From contig OZ219753.1 of assembly GCA_964291315.2 (NCBI GenBank), positions 1,056,001 through 1,120,000 of the forward strand: a DNA stretch of 64,000 bases. Reading direction: 5' to 3'. A program made the position numbers and the translations under genes. The first letter of the stretch is position 1, and the number at the start of each line of letters is the position of its first letter. This document shows, one piece after another, positions 19,746 through 30,661 of the stretch. A model generated the notes under the pieces. The model was given only the letters and a program-made list of their open reading frames with translations, was not told the DNA's origin and did no database searches. The DNA is from Candidatus Poribacteria bacterium (lineage in GTDB: Bacteria > Poribacteria > WGA-4E > WGA-3G).

Positions 19746-22700
19746 TCACACCGCCATCCCCGCCTCACGATACGTCTGCTCAATCAACGCGATCTCCGCA
19801 TCCGTTAGCTCATACACCCGATACACCCGCTCATCTATCTCCCGCTCGATCTCCTGCACGCCCTCGCTCTCTGGATCTGCCAATATCTGCTCGACGAGCC
19901 GCGACAGCTCCACTTTCTGTGCATCAGTCCGATCTGCTATTGGGGTACGGCGCATATACTGAGACTTGAAACGCAAACCGCCACCCATCCACGGGTCGTT
20001 GAGGCTCTGAAATTTATGACGTGCATACCAATCAAGCAGTGTGCTGTTTAAGATAGCAAGCAAGGAGAGATCATAGGTCGGTATGAAGTATGTTGTGTCT
20101 AACCCAAATGAGTTCGTTGTATCATAGCAAGCGCGCATAAATGGATTAATATCCGCATAAACAATCTTCGGTTTTTCGAACTCGGCATAGTAGGCACACG
20201 ATCGAAGTTCCCAATAAAATTTACCCTGAGCATCCCTTTTAGTCAAACGTTCGCGATAACCATGCAGATGTTGATAGATTGCAGGATAAGTTCTTCGAAA
20301 AACCTGTTCTGCTTCTGAGGTGCTTTTTACATCTGACCAGGGCCACTCTCTATTCGCACTGCTCTCTATCACTATTAGGTATTCATTTGCCGGTATTGCC
20401 TTCCATTTCTGAAGATTGCGCCCTCTGAGCAAAGGTTTTATCAGTTCCCGGCTCTTTGGATCCCCGGAAATCAGTTGCTGACGCATAGACTCATCGATGA
20501 TAAATGCATCATTGCGTCCAGTTATCACACCTATGTAAAGATCACCTTTTACATATTTTTCTAACAACGTACCAGTCTGTTGAAGTTTTCCAAGTAGTCG
20601 CAGCGCGTCGGGGGATGTCAATGTCCAGCTCTCCGTTGATAAATCACGCGGATGCAGCCGAAACGCCCGATCCCGAAACGCCGCAGACAGCCGCGGCACA
20701 TCAGACGCATCCCGAAACGTCGCCACCGAAACAGGCTCTCCATCTGATGTGGCATTTTCAAGGATCAGGATACAGGTATCCACACTCGCTTTGAAGACAG
20801 CGACACTCCCAAAGTCAAGCAATCTGTGGAGCCGTTGGGCATCGGTAAAGAAAGACCGTAGTTTCCTGCCATACGCCGCCCGCAAAAACTTGTTTGAGGA
20901 GATATACGCCAAGATGCCGTGCCTACGCAGCAGCTCCGTGCCGCGCTTGTAAAAATAGACGTAGAGGTCTGCTCTCCCCACATAGACTTCTGGAAACAAG
21001 CGTGCCAAAGTCGGCTTCATCGGTCCGATAAGTTGATCTCTCACATAAGGCGGGTTGCCGATCACAACATCAAAACCGCCGGCTTGAAAAACCTCCGGAA
21101 ACTCAACCTGCCAGACAAACGCCTCCTCCGGGGCATCTTGCCAGCCTTGAAGATCCGCTCGGAGTGCGGCGATCTCCGCTCGGAGTGCCTCTTTCTTTGC
21201 GTCCCCGTGTGTGATGAAATAGTCCGCTTGTTTCTCCTGTATCGCTTGGATCAACGGCCTTTCAAGCGTCAGCTGTTCCGGGGCTGCACCGGTCAGGCTG
21301 TCCCCCACCGCCACTTTGTAATCCAAGTTCGGCAGCGGCTGCGGCACGTCGCCTTCATAGTCTACTGTGAGGCTCAGCCACAGGCGCAACATCGCAATGT
21401 TGACAGCGAAGTCGTCTCTGTCCACGCCGTAAAGGTTCCGCTGAATAATATCCAGCTTGCGTTCATACACCGTGCCGGGATCGGTCTGATCGCTTTGGAA
21501 GAGAGCATCGCGCAGGCGAAGCAGTTCGCCCATCATCCCGAGTAGATACGCACCGCTCCCACACGCAGGATCACACACCCGTAAGTTCTGCAGCACCGCT
21601 AACACACCTTCTGAATCGCGGATCCCCGCGGCATCGCCTCTGTCAACAAACTGTGTCAGGCACGCCGCGCTCTCCGTTGTCTGCGTCTCGAGGCAGAGCT
21701 TCAGGCTCTCCCGACACATGAAGGAGACAACCGCACGCGGCGTGTAGTAGCTCCCACTGGCGTGCCGCCCCGTGACCAGTTCCTCAAACACCTTACCCAG
21801 CATCTCCGGGTCTACTGCAACCTCTATGTCTAGCGGCGTGGACTCGGTGATCGTGAAGTTATAACGTTCGAAGAGGTTGAGGATGTCGGCAAAGGTGTCG
21901 TTCGGGAGATGCACTGCGTTTCGTTCGTCATACGGCTGCATCTCGAAGAGGCCACCGTTGAGGAACGGCACATCGCCGCGCCGGGTGCGAGCGGCGGCAT
22001 CTTCGGATCCGGACTCACCGGCGGGATTGCTGAGACCGTGGAAGAAGACGTAATAGAGCCGGTCGTTGAGCAAGCTCTCTGTCCGAGGCTCCTTGTGCTT
22101 ATCAGAGATTACCCCCCCCGCTTCTTATAGATTCCGCACTGCCAGAGAGAGTCTCGATGCCCATTGCAGCCTCATACAACGCACGCAAGTAGTCCCGGCG
22201 ACCCGCATACCGCAACCAACCCTTTCTCTCAAGAAAACGCAGAAACATCAAACGATTCAACAGACGCTGCGTATACAACCGACGAGCCTCCACAGCGCTC
22301 TCCGGGATCCCTGACAGCGAGGCCTCCACCAACGCAAAGACGCTCTTATACTCACGGAAAAACTGATCCGTCACAGCCGCCACATCAAACGCACGCTGCC
22401 ATTTAGCAACCCACGCTTGCGACGACGAAAAACCGCCACGCGGAAACGCCAGAGCCGGCAGGTTGTATTCACACAGCGTCCGAAGGTGCGTATCCCCACG
22501 ATCCCACGAGAATATAGACAGCACCGCATCCTGCCAAGACGCACCCGCACCTGCGAAGTGGGCAAACGCAAACCGATGAAAATCAGCAGTCGTGCAGATG
22601 AATAGCAGATGATCCGGCTCCCACGCAGGCAACCGTGCGTCTCGGGTGCGCCTCTCCACCAGACCTCGCAGAACCCGCCGCAACTCCGTGCGATACACCC

Positions 22701-22980
22701 GCTCACTGCTGAATTCAACAAAGAAGATGCCCCACGGCTGCGAGCCGACCTCGGGAGAAAATCCCAACGCCTCGCGCGCGAACGGCGGCAGCTGCAGACA
22801 GTCAGCGACTCGTGCCTCAGCCGTTTCATCAAGCTCCAGCTCTGATGACGACCACGGGAAAGCTATCTCGCCGAGCGTCACGTCTTCGGGGATCGGCCAG
22901 TCGAGAGTGTCACGAAAAAACGCTAAGAGCGTCTCAAAGTCAGTTATAGTATCAACAGTTTCAACGGGTATATATGACAT
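19746..22980 (-). pseudogene. Eco57I/TaqI-like N6-adenine DNA methyltransferase with TRD, frameshifted at a G8 tract (possible phase-variable OFF allele)
   Basis: ORF 22102-22980 and ORF 19746-22073 (GSYYTPR, DPACGSGAYL, GNPPY, TaqI_C-like TRD) join in frame if the C8 run at 22112-22119 is 7 or 10 long. Confidence 0.8.
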
Positions 22981-23100
22981 TGGTATTCCTCAAGGGTTAG
23001 GCGATAAGTAAACGGATAACGGACATCTTGGAAAATAGACCCGACCAACGAGACGGGTGCTTCACTCTCCTAATATAGCACGCACCGCTTGTTTTGTCAA
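22134..23100. repeat. ~970-bp direct repeat, copy 2 (partner 1-967)
   Basis: Near-identical to window start and includes the same promoter (23072-23100). Confidence 0.95.
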
Positions 23101-23331
23101 GCGAGGATAGCAGAGAGCAAATGCCGTCTGCCGCACGGGTTGCGAAAATCTCGGATATCTGCTAATATATTCAGCAGATGGCGAGCGTTCGCTTTCGTCA
23201 TGATACACCTCAAAATACAGGATTTTATACAATGAGGTCTCTTCTATCAGAGATAACCTGAAATCTCACGCTATCCTCTAATAGGACCCCAAACATACAC
23301 ATACGGAAACCACGCTTCGCAGTAAAAAATT

Positions 23332-24072
23332 ATGTTAGCCGTTATCCTTAAAGATCTCCACTGCTATGTCAATTCCCGGAGATATCGACGTATCCAATTC
23401 ATCGTTTTATGTGTGCTTTCACTCTTGCTCTTTGTAGCGGCAGTTGAGTTCTATGCATATCGCAGAACGGTGCATGCAATTGACGTGGGGCAACAAACAT
23501 ATGTCCTCTTCATTATAGCCATTTTTGTTGCCCAATTTTGGATGCCGAGGCATGCCGTTGAAGCAATGGCCACAGAGCATCTGGCGGGGAAATGTCGTGG
23601 AGAGAACCGTGTGCTCCTTGCGTTAACCCCTTTGGCAAATTGGCAGATCTTGGCGGGCAAGCTCACTGCTCTTGTGTTTTGGGCACTATGGAATATTTGG
23701 CTGACGGTTCCCTTGTTGGCACTATCAAGTTATATAGGGGGGTTAGCATTATCGCAGTGGATGAAATGCAGTGTGGTGTTATTGGTGAGCTCTATCTTTT
23801 TTGCGCTCGTCGGTATCACGGTGGCGTTACAGACCTGTCCGACTCGGGCAAAAGGAATAAGTTACGGAGTCATTCTACTATTAACGTTCTGTCCTTTCAC
23901 CCCTTTTTCACTGTTTGAAGCGATGCCGATGTTGGCAGCGATAAGTCCATTGTCCACCCTCTTGTCGATTCTTCGAGCAGATCTAACGCATTTATGGCTC
24001 TGGAATATAGGGATGTTTTGTGGGGCATCCACCCTGATGTTCGCCCTTTTAATTAAACGAATGCCTTTATAA
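23332..24072 (+). CDS. ABC-2-type permease-like membrane protein
   Basis: ~6 TM helices; LLALTPL..WQILAGK motif. Confidence 0.7.
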   Translation: MLAVILKDLHCYVNSRRYRRIQFIVLCVLSLLLFVAAVEFYAYRRTVHAIDVGQQTYVLFIIAIFVAQFWMPRHAVEAMATEHLAGKCRGENRVLLALTPLANWQILAGKLTALVFWALWNIWLTVPLLALSSYIGGLALSQWMKCSVVLLVSSIFFALVGITVALQTCPTRAKGISYGVILLLTFCPFTPFSLFEAMPMLAAISPLSTLLSILRADLTHLWLWNIGMFCGASTLMFALLIKRMPL

Positions 24073-24161
24073 TTTGAACGCTTGTTTTGTCGACATGACA
24101 GACAGACTGCCCAGACGATAAAATTGTTCTCTTCCACTTAGCTTAGACACAGAAATCATTT

Positions 24162-26111
24162 ATGGAAACCAGCACTTTAAAGTATTCAACACAACTTCAA
24201 GAAACGCCGCAATCCGCTGACCCGGGTGTCACCTTTCGCGCAGTTCTGCTGGGTATCATACTCATCCCGCCGAATAGCTATTTTATCATGGCAAACCACC
24301 TCCGTTTCTGGAGCACCTTGCCCACAACGATGTCATTGATTTACAATGTCGTGGTGACTTTGGTAGTTTTGACTTGCTTGAATTTTTTGTGCAAACTACT
24401 CTTTCCGCGTTTTGTGCTCCGTCAAGGAGAACTGCTAACTATCTATGTCATTCTCTCGATTTCCTCCGCGATCGCCGGACACGATATGATGCAGACCGTG
24501 GTCCCAATTATTCCGAACGGTTTCTGGTTCGCAACCCCTGAAAACGAATGGCAACAACTTTTCTGGCGTTACCTACCAAGCTGGATGACCCTTAGCGATA
24601 TCTCAGTCTTGCAAGATTTTTACGACGGCGATACAAGCTTCTATACCCAAAGATATCTCGTTGCATGGTGGAAACCAATTTTGTGGTGGACTATCTTTCT
24701 CACCGTCTTAATTTGGGTGATGATTTGCATCGATCTGATCCTCCGGAAACAATGGGTCGATCGAGAACGACTCACCTATCCAATCGTCCGATTACCGATA
24801 GAACTGACATACTCCGATGGACGACTTTTTAAAAACAAGATGCTGTGGGCAGGATTCGCAATCGCCGGGAGCATTGACCTAATTAACGGGATTCACGCAT
24901 TCTTTCCCACATTTCCAGAGATACCAGTCCGTAAGGCGGACCTTGGAATTTACTTCACTGAAAAACCCTGGAGCGCAATAGGTTGGACTCCCCTTTATAT
25001 CCTCTCGTTCGGTGTTGGCCTCGCTTTTTTGATGCCCTTGGAAATGTCGTTCTCTCTCTGGTTTTTCTATCTATTCTGGAAAGGTGAACGTATATTGGGC
25101 AGCGCGATGGGATTACAAGTATTACCCGGATTTCCATATGATGGCCCACAAGGCGTAGGAGCGTACTTGGCTATCGCTTGTTTTGGACTCTACGGCGGAC
25201 GTAAGCATTTTTATGCAGTGTTCAGTAGCCTGATCAAAAAGAAAGAAAAAAAACTACCACCAGAGAGCCAAGATGCTACAAATTACCGATGGCCAGTTAT
25301 AGGATTAATAGGCGGACTTCTCTTTCTTTTTATTTTTTCCAAGCGTGGTGGAATGGCAGTCTGGATGATAGCTCTGTATTTTGCTATCTACTATCTACTT
25401 GCCCTTGGGATTACACGCGTTCGCGCCGAGGTAGGACCACCAACACATGAGATGTTTGTCGCCAACCCACGCCAATTTATTATTGATTCCCTCGGCTCAC
25501 GGAGGATTCCACCACCCAGCCTGACTATGATGTCCATCTATTTCGCCTTCAATCGCGGATACCGAGCACATCCAATGCCACATACACTAGAGGCTTTTAA
25601 ACTCGTAGAGGTCGCAAACATGCGAGCGGGACGGATGGTTGTAGCACTCATGTGTGGCATCTTCTTTGGTATCCTCGCTTCGTTTTGGGCCTATCTGCAT
25701 GTCTCCTATGATATCGGCGCGAATCCCGGCCTAGGAAGCGGCGGCTATAATCTGCTCCGGTCATGGCTCTATTATCCCACAGAGACAAATTTCCCAGCAG
25801 TAGCGTTCATGGGAGTCGGATTCGTGTTTACAGGTCTATTGTGGTGGTTACGAACCCGATTCCCAATGTTCCCCTTCCATCCAACAGGCTACGCCGTCGC
25901 AAGCAGTATATGGACGTTCGGGTGGCTCTGGTTTTCAGTATTGATCAGTTGGACAATCAAGAACCTTGTTTTACGTTTTGGTGGCATTCGTCTTTATCAT
26001 AAGGTACTCCCCCTCTTTTTAGGACTGATCCTTGGACAATTCGTCGTCGGAGGCATGTGGGTACTCATTCGACTTATTTGGGGAATCTCTGTCTATTCAT
26101 TTTACCGTTAG
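24162..26111 (+). CDS. polytopic membrane protein, DUF6785/DUF6784-like putative transporter
   Basis: GVTFRAVLLG, RKQWVDRERLTYPIV, TRVRAEVG, PFHPTGY; paralog of 38701-40740. Confidence 0.75.
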   Translation: METSTLKYSTQLQETPQSADPGVTFRAVLLGIILIPPNSYFIMANHLRFWSTLPTTMSLIYNVVVTLVVLTCLNFLCKLLFPRFVLRQGELLTIYVILSISSAIAGHDMMQTVVPIIPNGFWFATPENEWQQLFWRYLPSWMTLSDISVLQDFYDGDTSFYTQRYLVAWWKPILWWTIFLTVLIWVMICIDLILRKQWVDRERLTYPIVRLPIELTYSDGRLFKNKMLWAGFAIAGSIDLINGIHAFFPTFPEIPVRKADLGIYFTEKPWSAIGWTPLYILSFGVGLAFLMPLEMSFSLWFFYLFWKGERILGSAMGLQVLPGFPYDGPQGVGAYLAIACFGLYGGRKHFYAVFSSLIKKKEKKLPPESQDATNYRWPVIGLIGGLLFLFIFSKRGGMAVWMIALYFAIYYLLALGITRVRAEVGPPTHEMFVANPRQFIIDSLGSRRIPPPSLTMMSIYFAFNRGYRAHPMPHTLEAFKLVEVANMRAGRMVVALMCGIFFGILASFWAYLHVSYDIGANPGLGSGGYNLLRSWLYYPTETNFPAVAFMGVGFVFTGLLWWLRTRFPMFPFHPTGYAVASSIWTFGWLWFSVLISWTIKNLVLRFGGIRLYHKVLPLFLGLILGQFVVGGMWVLIRLIWGISVYSFYR

Positions 26112-26169
26112 CCGCGACCCGTTTGGAAGCACCCCTACAAGTATTCAGCGAAGGGGTCACGGATACGAC

Positions 26170-26369
26170 CCCTGTCTGTATTGTCAACGAAACCGAGACT
26201 GAACCATCCGGCGTAGCTCTGTTGGTTCAATGGGGCAAACAGGGCCACAAAGTTTTCGGAAAGAGAGGCAGTCCGTTCCATATTAGAAATCCAGCACTGT
26301 GTTCGGGGACCCTGTCGTTTACTGAGCCCCACCGTTCCGCGTAAGGTTAAGGTTTCGGGGCATTTCAGG
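26170..26369. ncRNA. candidate 6S-RNA-like long hairpin RNA
   Basis: Nested pairings CGAAACC/GGTTTCG, TGGGGC/GCCCCA, ACAGGG/CCCTGT around a central bubble with a TGAACC..GGTTCA element; ~200 nt, almost entirely intergenic. Confidence 0.35.
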
Positions 26370-27744
26370 TTAGCAACTGTTTTTCCCACCAAGCCACGTA
26401 ATCTGCATCACTGATATGGTGTGAGAGTCCTCGTCTTTCCATGCCCGCTTTAAATTGTTCCGCCATGTTCTCATCCCAGTAAGTGGTGACCGCTAAAGGT
26501 TCAGGCGTTTCGCCCATGTCTCTTGTTTCTGCCATCCAAGTGTCGAGGCGGGCAGCGAGTTCGCTACACAGAAGCCCATAATCTGAATCGGCAGCAAGGT
26601 TATTGACTTCATAAGGATCTGCTTCGAGATCATACAACTCTTCAACCGGACGCGTCTCTTGCATGAACTGCTGTTGCACCGGAGTCAACTCACCCTTTTT
26701 TGAAAGCAGCGGCATCAAGCTCCAGAGCGGATACTGCTGCTTTTTGTAAGCGTTAAATTGCATATAGGGCCGTTCCGGATGGTAATTACGAATGAGTTTG
26801 TAACGCTGGGTTCGGACACACCGTATTCTGTCGTCTGTTCCGTCGCATCGATCCCGTGCTGCGAAGATTGCGTTGCGTGAGGTCGCCTTTGGCCCAGCGA
26901 AAATCTGTCCTTGCATAAAGTTGGGCACCTCGATACCCGCAAGTGCAAGCGTCGTCGGGGCGATATCGACACCGCTAATAAGTTGTTCACTGACACTATC
27001 AGATTCAATGTGCCCAGGCCAGCGGACGATGAGCGGGATATGGATGCCGCCGTCGTAAAGAAACTGCTTGCAGCGCACATGCGCGCGCCCGTGATCACTC
27101 AGGAAAAAGATAATTGTATTCTCGGTGAGTCCCTCAGAATCTAGGCGGTCAAGGATTCGCCCTACTTTCTTATCTAAAATCTGAATGCTTTCGAGATACA
27201 GAGCCCAGTCTTTGCGAGTCAACGGATGATCTGGATAGTAAGGCGGTAATTCGACCGCCTCTGGAGAAATCGGACGTTCTAGATCGGGTTTGAAAACGCG
27301 GTGCGTATCTGGAATGTTGATCTGGGCATAGAAAGGCTGCGCTTCAGCCCGTCCTTTCCAGTCTATACCCTCAAAAGGGCGTTCCCGTTGGAAGTTAAAA
27401 TCGGTCTTTCCGGGACGGCTGTAGGGCGGACCTGGACTGTTGCAGGTGAAATAACCGGCTTCCGTGAAACAGTCAGTGATAAGTCTCATATCCGCCCGGA
27501 GTGGTTTATCGCGATTGCTACGGTGGTTATGTGCATCAAAGGCAGTCTGATACGTGCCCGTGATCAACGCAGAACGACTTGGCGAACAAACCGGACATGT
27601 AACGAAAGCATTGGTGTAGCGAGTACCTTCCGACGCGAGCCGGTCGATGTTTGGAGTTCTCACAGCAGACGTGCCGTAACAGCCCAGATCAGGAGAAAGA
27701 TCCTCACCGTAAATCCAGAGAACGTTTGGTTTCTTTGTAGACAC
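26365..27744 (-). CDS. sulfatase
   Basis: KPNVLWI, CSPSR formylglycine motif, SDHG, ELYDL..DPYE..NLA. Confidence 0.93.
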   Translation of the reverse strand: MSTKKPNVLWIYGEDLSPDLGCYGTSAVRTPNIDRLASEGTRYTNAFVTCPVCSPSRSALITGTYQTAFDAHNHRSNRDKPLRADMRLITDCFTEAGYFTCNSPGPPYSRPGKTDFNFQRERPFEGIDWKGRAEAQPFYAQINIPDTHRVFKPDLERPISPEAVELPPYYPDHPLTRKDWALYLESIQILDKKVGRILDRLDSEGLTENTIIFFLSDHGRAHVRCKQFLYDGGIHIPLIVRWPGHIESDSVSEQLISGVDIAPTTLALAGIEVPNFMQGQIFAGPKATSRNAIFAARDRCDGTDDRIRCVRTQRYKLIRNYHPERPYMQFNAYKKQQYPLWSLMPLLSKKGELTPVQQQFMQETRPVEELYDLEADPYEVNNLAADSDYGLLCSELAARLDTWMAETRDMGETPEPLAVTTYWDENMAEQFKAGMERRGLSHHISDADYVAWWEKQLLT

Positions 27745-27998
27745 AACTGTTTCCTTTCAGGGATTATGATTCAAGAGATTGTGCTCCATTGGTGTCGTCC
27801 ACTACATACCCACTTCAGAACAAAATAGACTGTGCAAGTTGCATTTCCGCGAGAGGTTTGACTCTGCTTTGTAAATTTCGCGAAGCCGCTGTCACTCTCA
27901 ACGACACTCCCTAATTGTTGTCGATCTTTATTGTTGACCATGAAAGCTCCATGCTCTGACAATCCCTTCGCGTGTAGATTTCCGAATTGCTACCTAAG

Positions 27999-28610
27999 TT
28001 ACCGCTGACTGTGGGTTTTTAACACGCGAAGCATGTGCCGAGCGTAACTCACTGTGGAAATAAAAACAAATACCAAGGCGAAACAGAGACTGTAAAACTC
28101 AATATTCTCCGGTAAGAATGACGTGAGCGGACGAAGTAGATAAAGCATAATAGCAATTGACAAAAAGAAACTGGAACCTTTACCCCATAAGTTGGAACGG
28201 GTAATCACTCTTGCCTTATATGCTAAAATGCCATTTCCTATCAAGATTGAGACATCACGAATAACAATTACAAGGAACGCCCACTCCGGGAAAGTAGATT
28301 TTAATATAGCAAGCGCGAAGACCGCCGCAGTAATTGCTAGCTTGTCTGCCACAGGATCTAAGATATAACCAAGTTCAGTGTGCTGGTGTAGACGCCGGGC
28401 ACAGAACCCGTCTAATAGATCCGTGATAACAGCTATGCCGCCAGAAATAATCGCATACATCCACTGCTCACGGTAGATAAAGTAAAAAATAAGCGGAGCC
28501 GTGATGAACCGAGATAACGACAGAATATTGCTGACATAGAAAAAATCTCGAAGCGCAATCCGGATCGATTGGGTTTCAGTAAATTGATGGATAGGAGCCT
28601 TTAGTGCCAT
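27999..28610 (-). CDS. CDP-alcohol phosphatidyltransferase
   Basis: TDLLDGFCAR....TELGYILDPVADK. Confidence 0.9.
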   Translation of the reverse strand: MALKAPIHQFTETQSIRIALRDFFYVSNILSLSRFITAPLIFYFIYREQWMYAIISGGIAVITDLLDGFCARRLHQHTELGYILDPVADKLAITAAVFALAILKSTFPEWAFLVIVIRDVSILIGNGILAYKARVITRSNLWGKGSSFFLSIAIMLYLLRPLTSFLPENIEFYSLCFALVFVFISTVSYARHMLRVLKTHSQR

Positions 28611-28620
28611 TCTGAAAATG

Positions 28621-29289
28621 TCAATTGTTTTTCGCTGCTAGCTGGAAAGCGATCCGCCGATTCTCGTCTGTCAGAATTTCGGTTTCGCGCGTGAGGAGTT
28701 TCGCTAATGGGATTGTTTCCAATAAGGACTGTTTTTCTTCCAATGAAATACGGAGGCGCGTCGCGATCTGATACGCAAGCTCCCGCGGATCCTCAGGACG
28801 TTCCTCCGGCGGTTGCCAGCCAAAAATTAATCGGCTAGATAATGCCTCGTACGCTTTGTACAACTCTTCCGTCCCGATCGAGAGCGATTTTGATACCGAT
28901 TCAGTTTCAGCGTCCGGGTCGTCTAACATCCGAATATGACCTGTGAGATAAGAGTGATGCTCCAAAACCTCAAGGATCTGAAACCTATACTCACCAGCTG
29001 TGATGATATACATGCGACCCTCCTCTAAGTGTTCAACGCGAAGAATACGGACAGCCGTTCCAACTTCATGCGGGACAGCAGCTTCATCCACTTCCTCTCC
29101 TTCTCTAATGAGCACAACACCAAATTCAGACTCATGTTCCAAGCAGAATTTAACCATCGTTCGATAACGCGGTTCAAAAATATGGAGTGGTAAGAGCCCA
29201 CCAGGAAACAAAACAACTTGTAATGGAAAAAGTGGAATCTGGCGTTCGTAAAGTGTTTGACCTTTCAGCGAATCTTGGGCATTCCGCAT
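28621..29289 (-). CDS. LON substrate-binding (LON_N) domain protein
   Basis: IPLFPL.VVLFPG..LPLHIFEPRY. Confidence 0.9.
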   Translation of the reverse strand: MRNAQDSLKGQTLYERQIPLFPLQVVLFPGGLLPLHIFEPRYRTMVKFCLEHESEFGVVLIREGEEVDEAAVPHEVGTAVRILRVEHLEEGRMYIITAGEYRFQILEVLEHHSYLTGHIRMLDDPDAETESVSKSLSIGTEELYKAYEALSSRLIFGWQPPEERPEDPRELAYQIATRLRISLEEKQSLLETIPLAKLLTRETEILTDENRRIAFQLAAKNN

Positions 29290-29500
29290 GTGAAAACTCC
29301 CCTTTCCAGAATGTTGACCTACTCAAATAAACTTAGTCTTAACAACCGAACGTAACTTTCACAGCGCACCCGTGTTCACTGCGCATCTGATAGACCCCGG
29401 TTTCTAATCGCAAATCTCTATATATTCTTGCACAAAACGTGTGATTCGTCAAGCGTTTTTTATCAAAAACCAGGATCATTGTAGTTTGGAACGAGACCCC

Positions 29501-29529
29501 TTGACATTCGAACAGATTTTCGCTACAAT
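29501..29529 (+). promoter_or_regulatory. sigma70-type promoter
   Basis: TTGACA-17 nt-TACAAT. Confidence 0.65.
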
Positions 29530-29592
29530 ACATCCAAAGAGTGTGTATAAACACAGATACTAGCGAATACCTTATCTATACCGTAATAATGA

Positions 29593-30105
29593 TTGGAGAA
29601 TATCGTGATCTCAGAAAATTTGAGAAGCGCTTTAACAACCTCTAAGGACATCACCATCAGCCTCTTGGGAAAAGTACTATTTCAATCCCGAGTAGAACCA
29701 ATTGGCGATGCAGATCGGATAACCGGTGTAAAAGCCCAATGGGTGAGCAAACAATCGGATAACTCAGTGAACATCAGCTCGTCCTCAGGAAGCGCCGGTA
29801 TCAAAATAGAGGGTAGCACAGCACCGACTATTGAGTACGTACAAGAAGACGAGAAACGGACAATTGCTGTCAAACATATCGAAAGTATTTCATGCGAACT
29901 CGAGCGGGAAACCTTGGACCGGATCGCCTCTCCCAAAGGAGCAGGAATTGCGATGGGTGTTGGAGCCGGCATCGGGTTGTTGAGCTGGTTTTTAATCGCA
30001 GTGATGCGTTCCCTGCTTGTTCCACGGGCCACACAGACTCAGCAGGAAATCCCACAGATTGCTTCGGAAGAAGCTAGCGCTCAACCCGCGGAACCTACAA
30101 AATGA
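29593..30105 (+). CDS. hypothetical protein with C-terminal TM helix
   Basis: 170-aa ORF downstream of the promoter; GxxxG-rich TM segment. Confidence 0.55.
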   Translation: MENIVISENLRSALTTSKDITISLLGKVLFQSRVEPIGDADRITGVKAQWVSKQSDNSVNISSSSGSAGIKIEGSTAPTIEYVQEDEKRTIAVKHIESISCELERETLDRIASPKGAGIAMGVGAGIGLLSWFLIAVMRSLLVPRATQTQQEIPQIASEEASAQPAEPTK

Positions 30106-30661
30106 ATAGGCATGAAAATTACCGCAGCTGATCCGTTTTATTTCTGGAGAACTGACATGGGCCGAAAAACCGACTGCCCCTGATGCAGTTAATGACTATG
30201 GCACACTCACGCGTCCATTTACACCCGAAAAATATCGCCAAAAACACATTCGAGCGAATCTCAGGTAATGAGTAAAACAGCCTGACCTAACAGCTATCCT
30301 AACATACTGTTTTGCCAGACACACTACACTTTTCAACTTTTTTGCAACACTATTTTCTAATAGGTGTATCTATAGGACGAAAAAACGGACAAAAGGTTAC
30401 CAAATTCGGTATGCACATTGAGATTACCTTCGGAGATTCACATCATTTCCAAAGATTTTCAGAACTTGGAACGATCGAATCGCGCGTTTATCGATCTAGT
30501 AGCCCGAACGCGCCCCGCCGGCAAATTACGACCAAAACAGGGCGTGAACAGAGGCGGCAACCGAGCAGTCGTTACGGTAATAACTTTTACAGATTCTTCT
30601 TTGACCCTGAATTCGAATTTAATCTACAAACTGAAGTTAATTAAGATAAAGGAGGCACAAA

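Noticed and set aside
22099-22104. Sec read-through of the TGA ending the MTase N-terminal ORF
   Set aside because: Immediately followed by TAA, and the continuation is in another frame
1-23100. Composite transposon bounded by the 970-bp repeats
   Set aside because: Repeats encode an MTase N-terminus rather than a transposase, no terminal inverted repeats were seen, and the interval holds core genes
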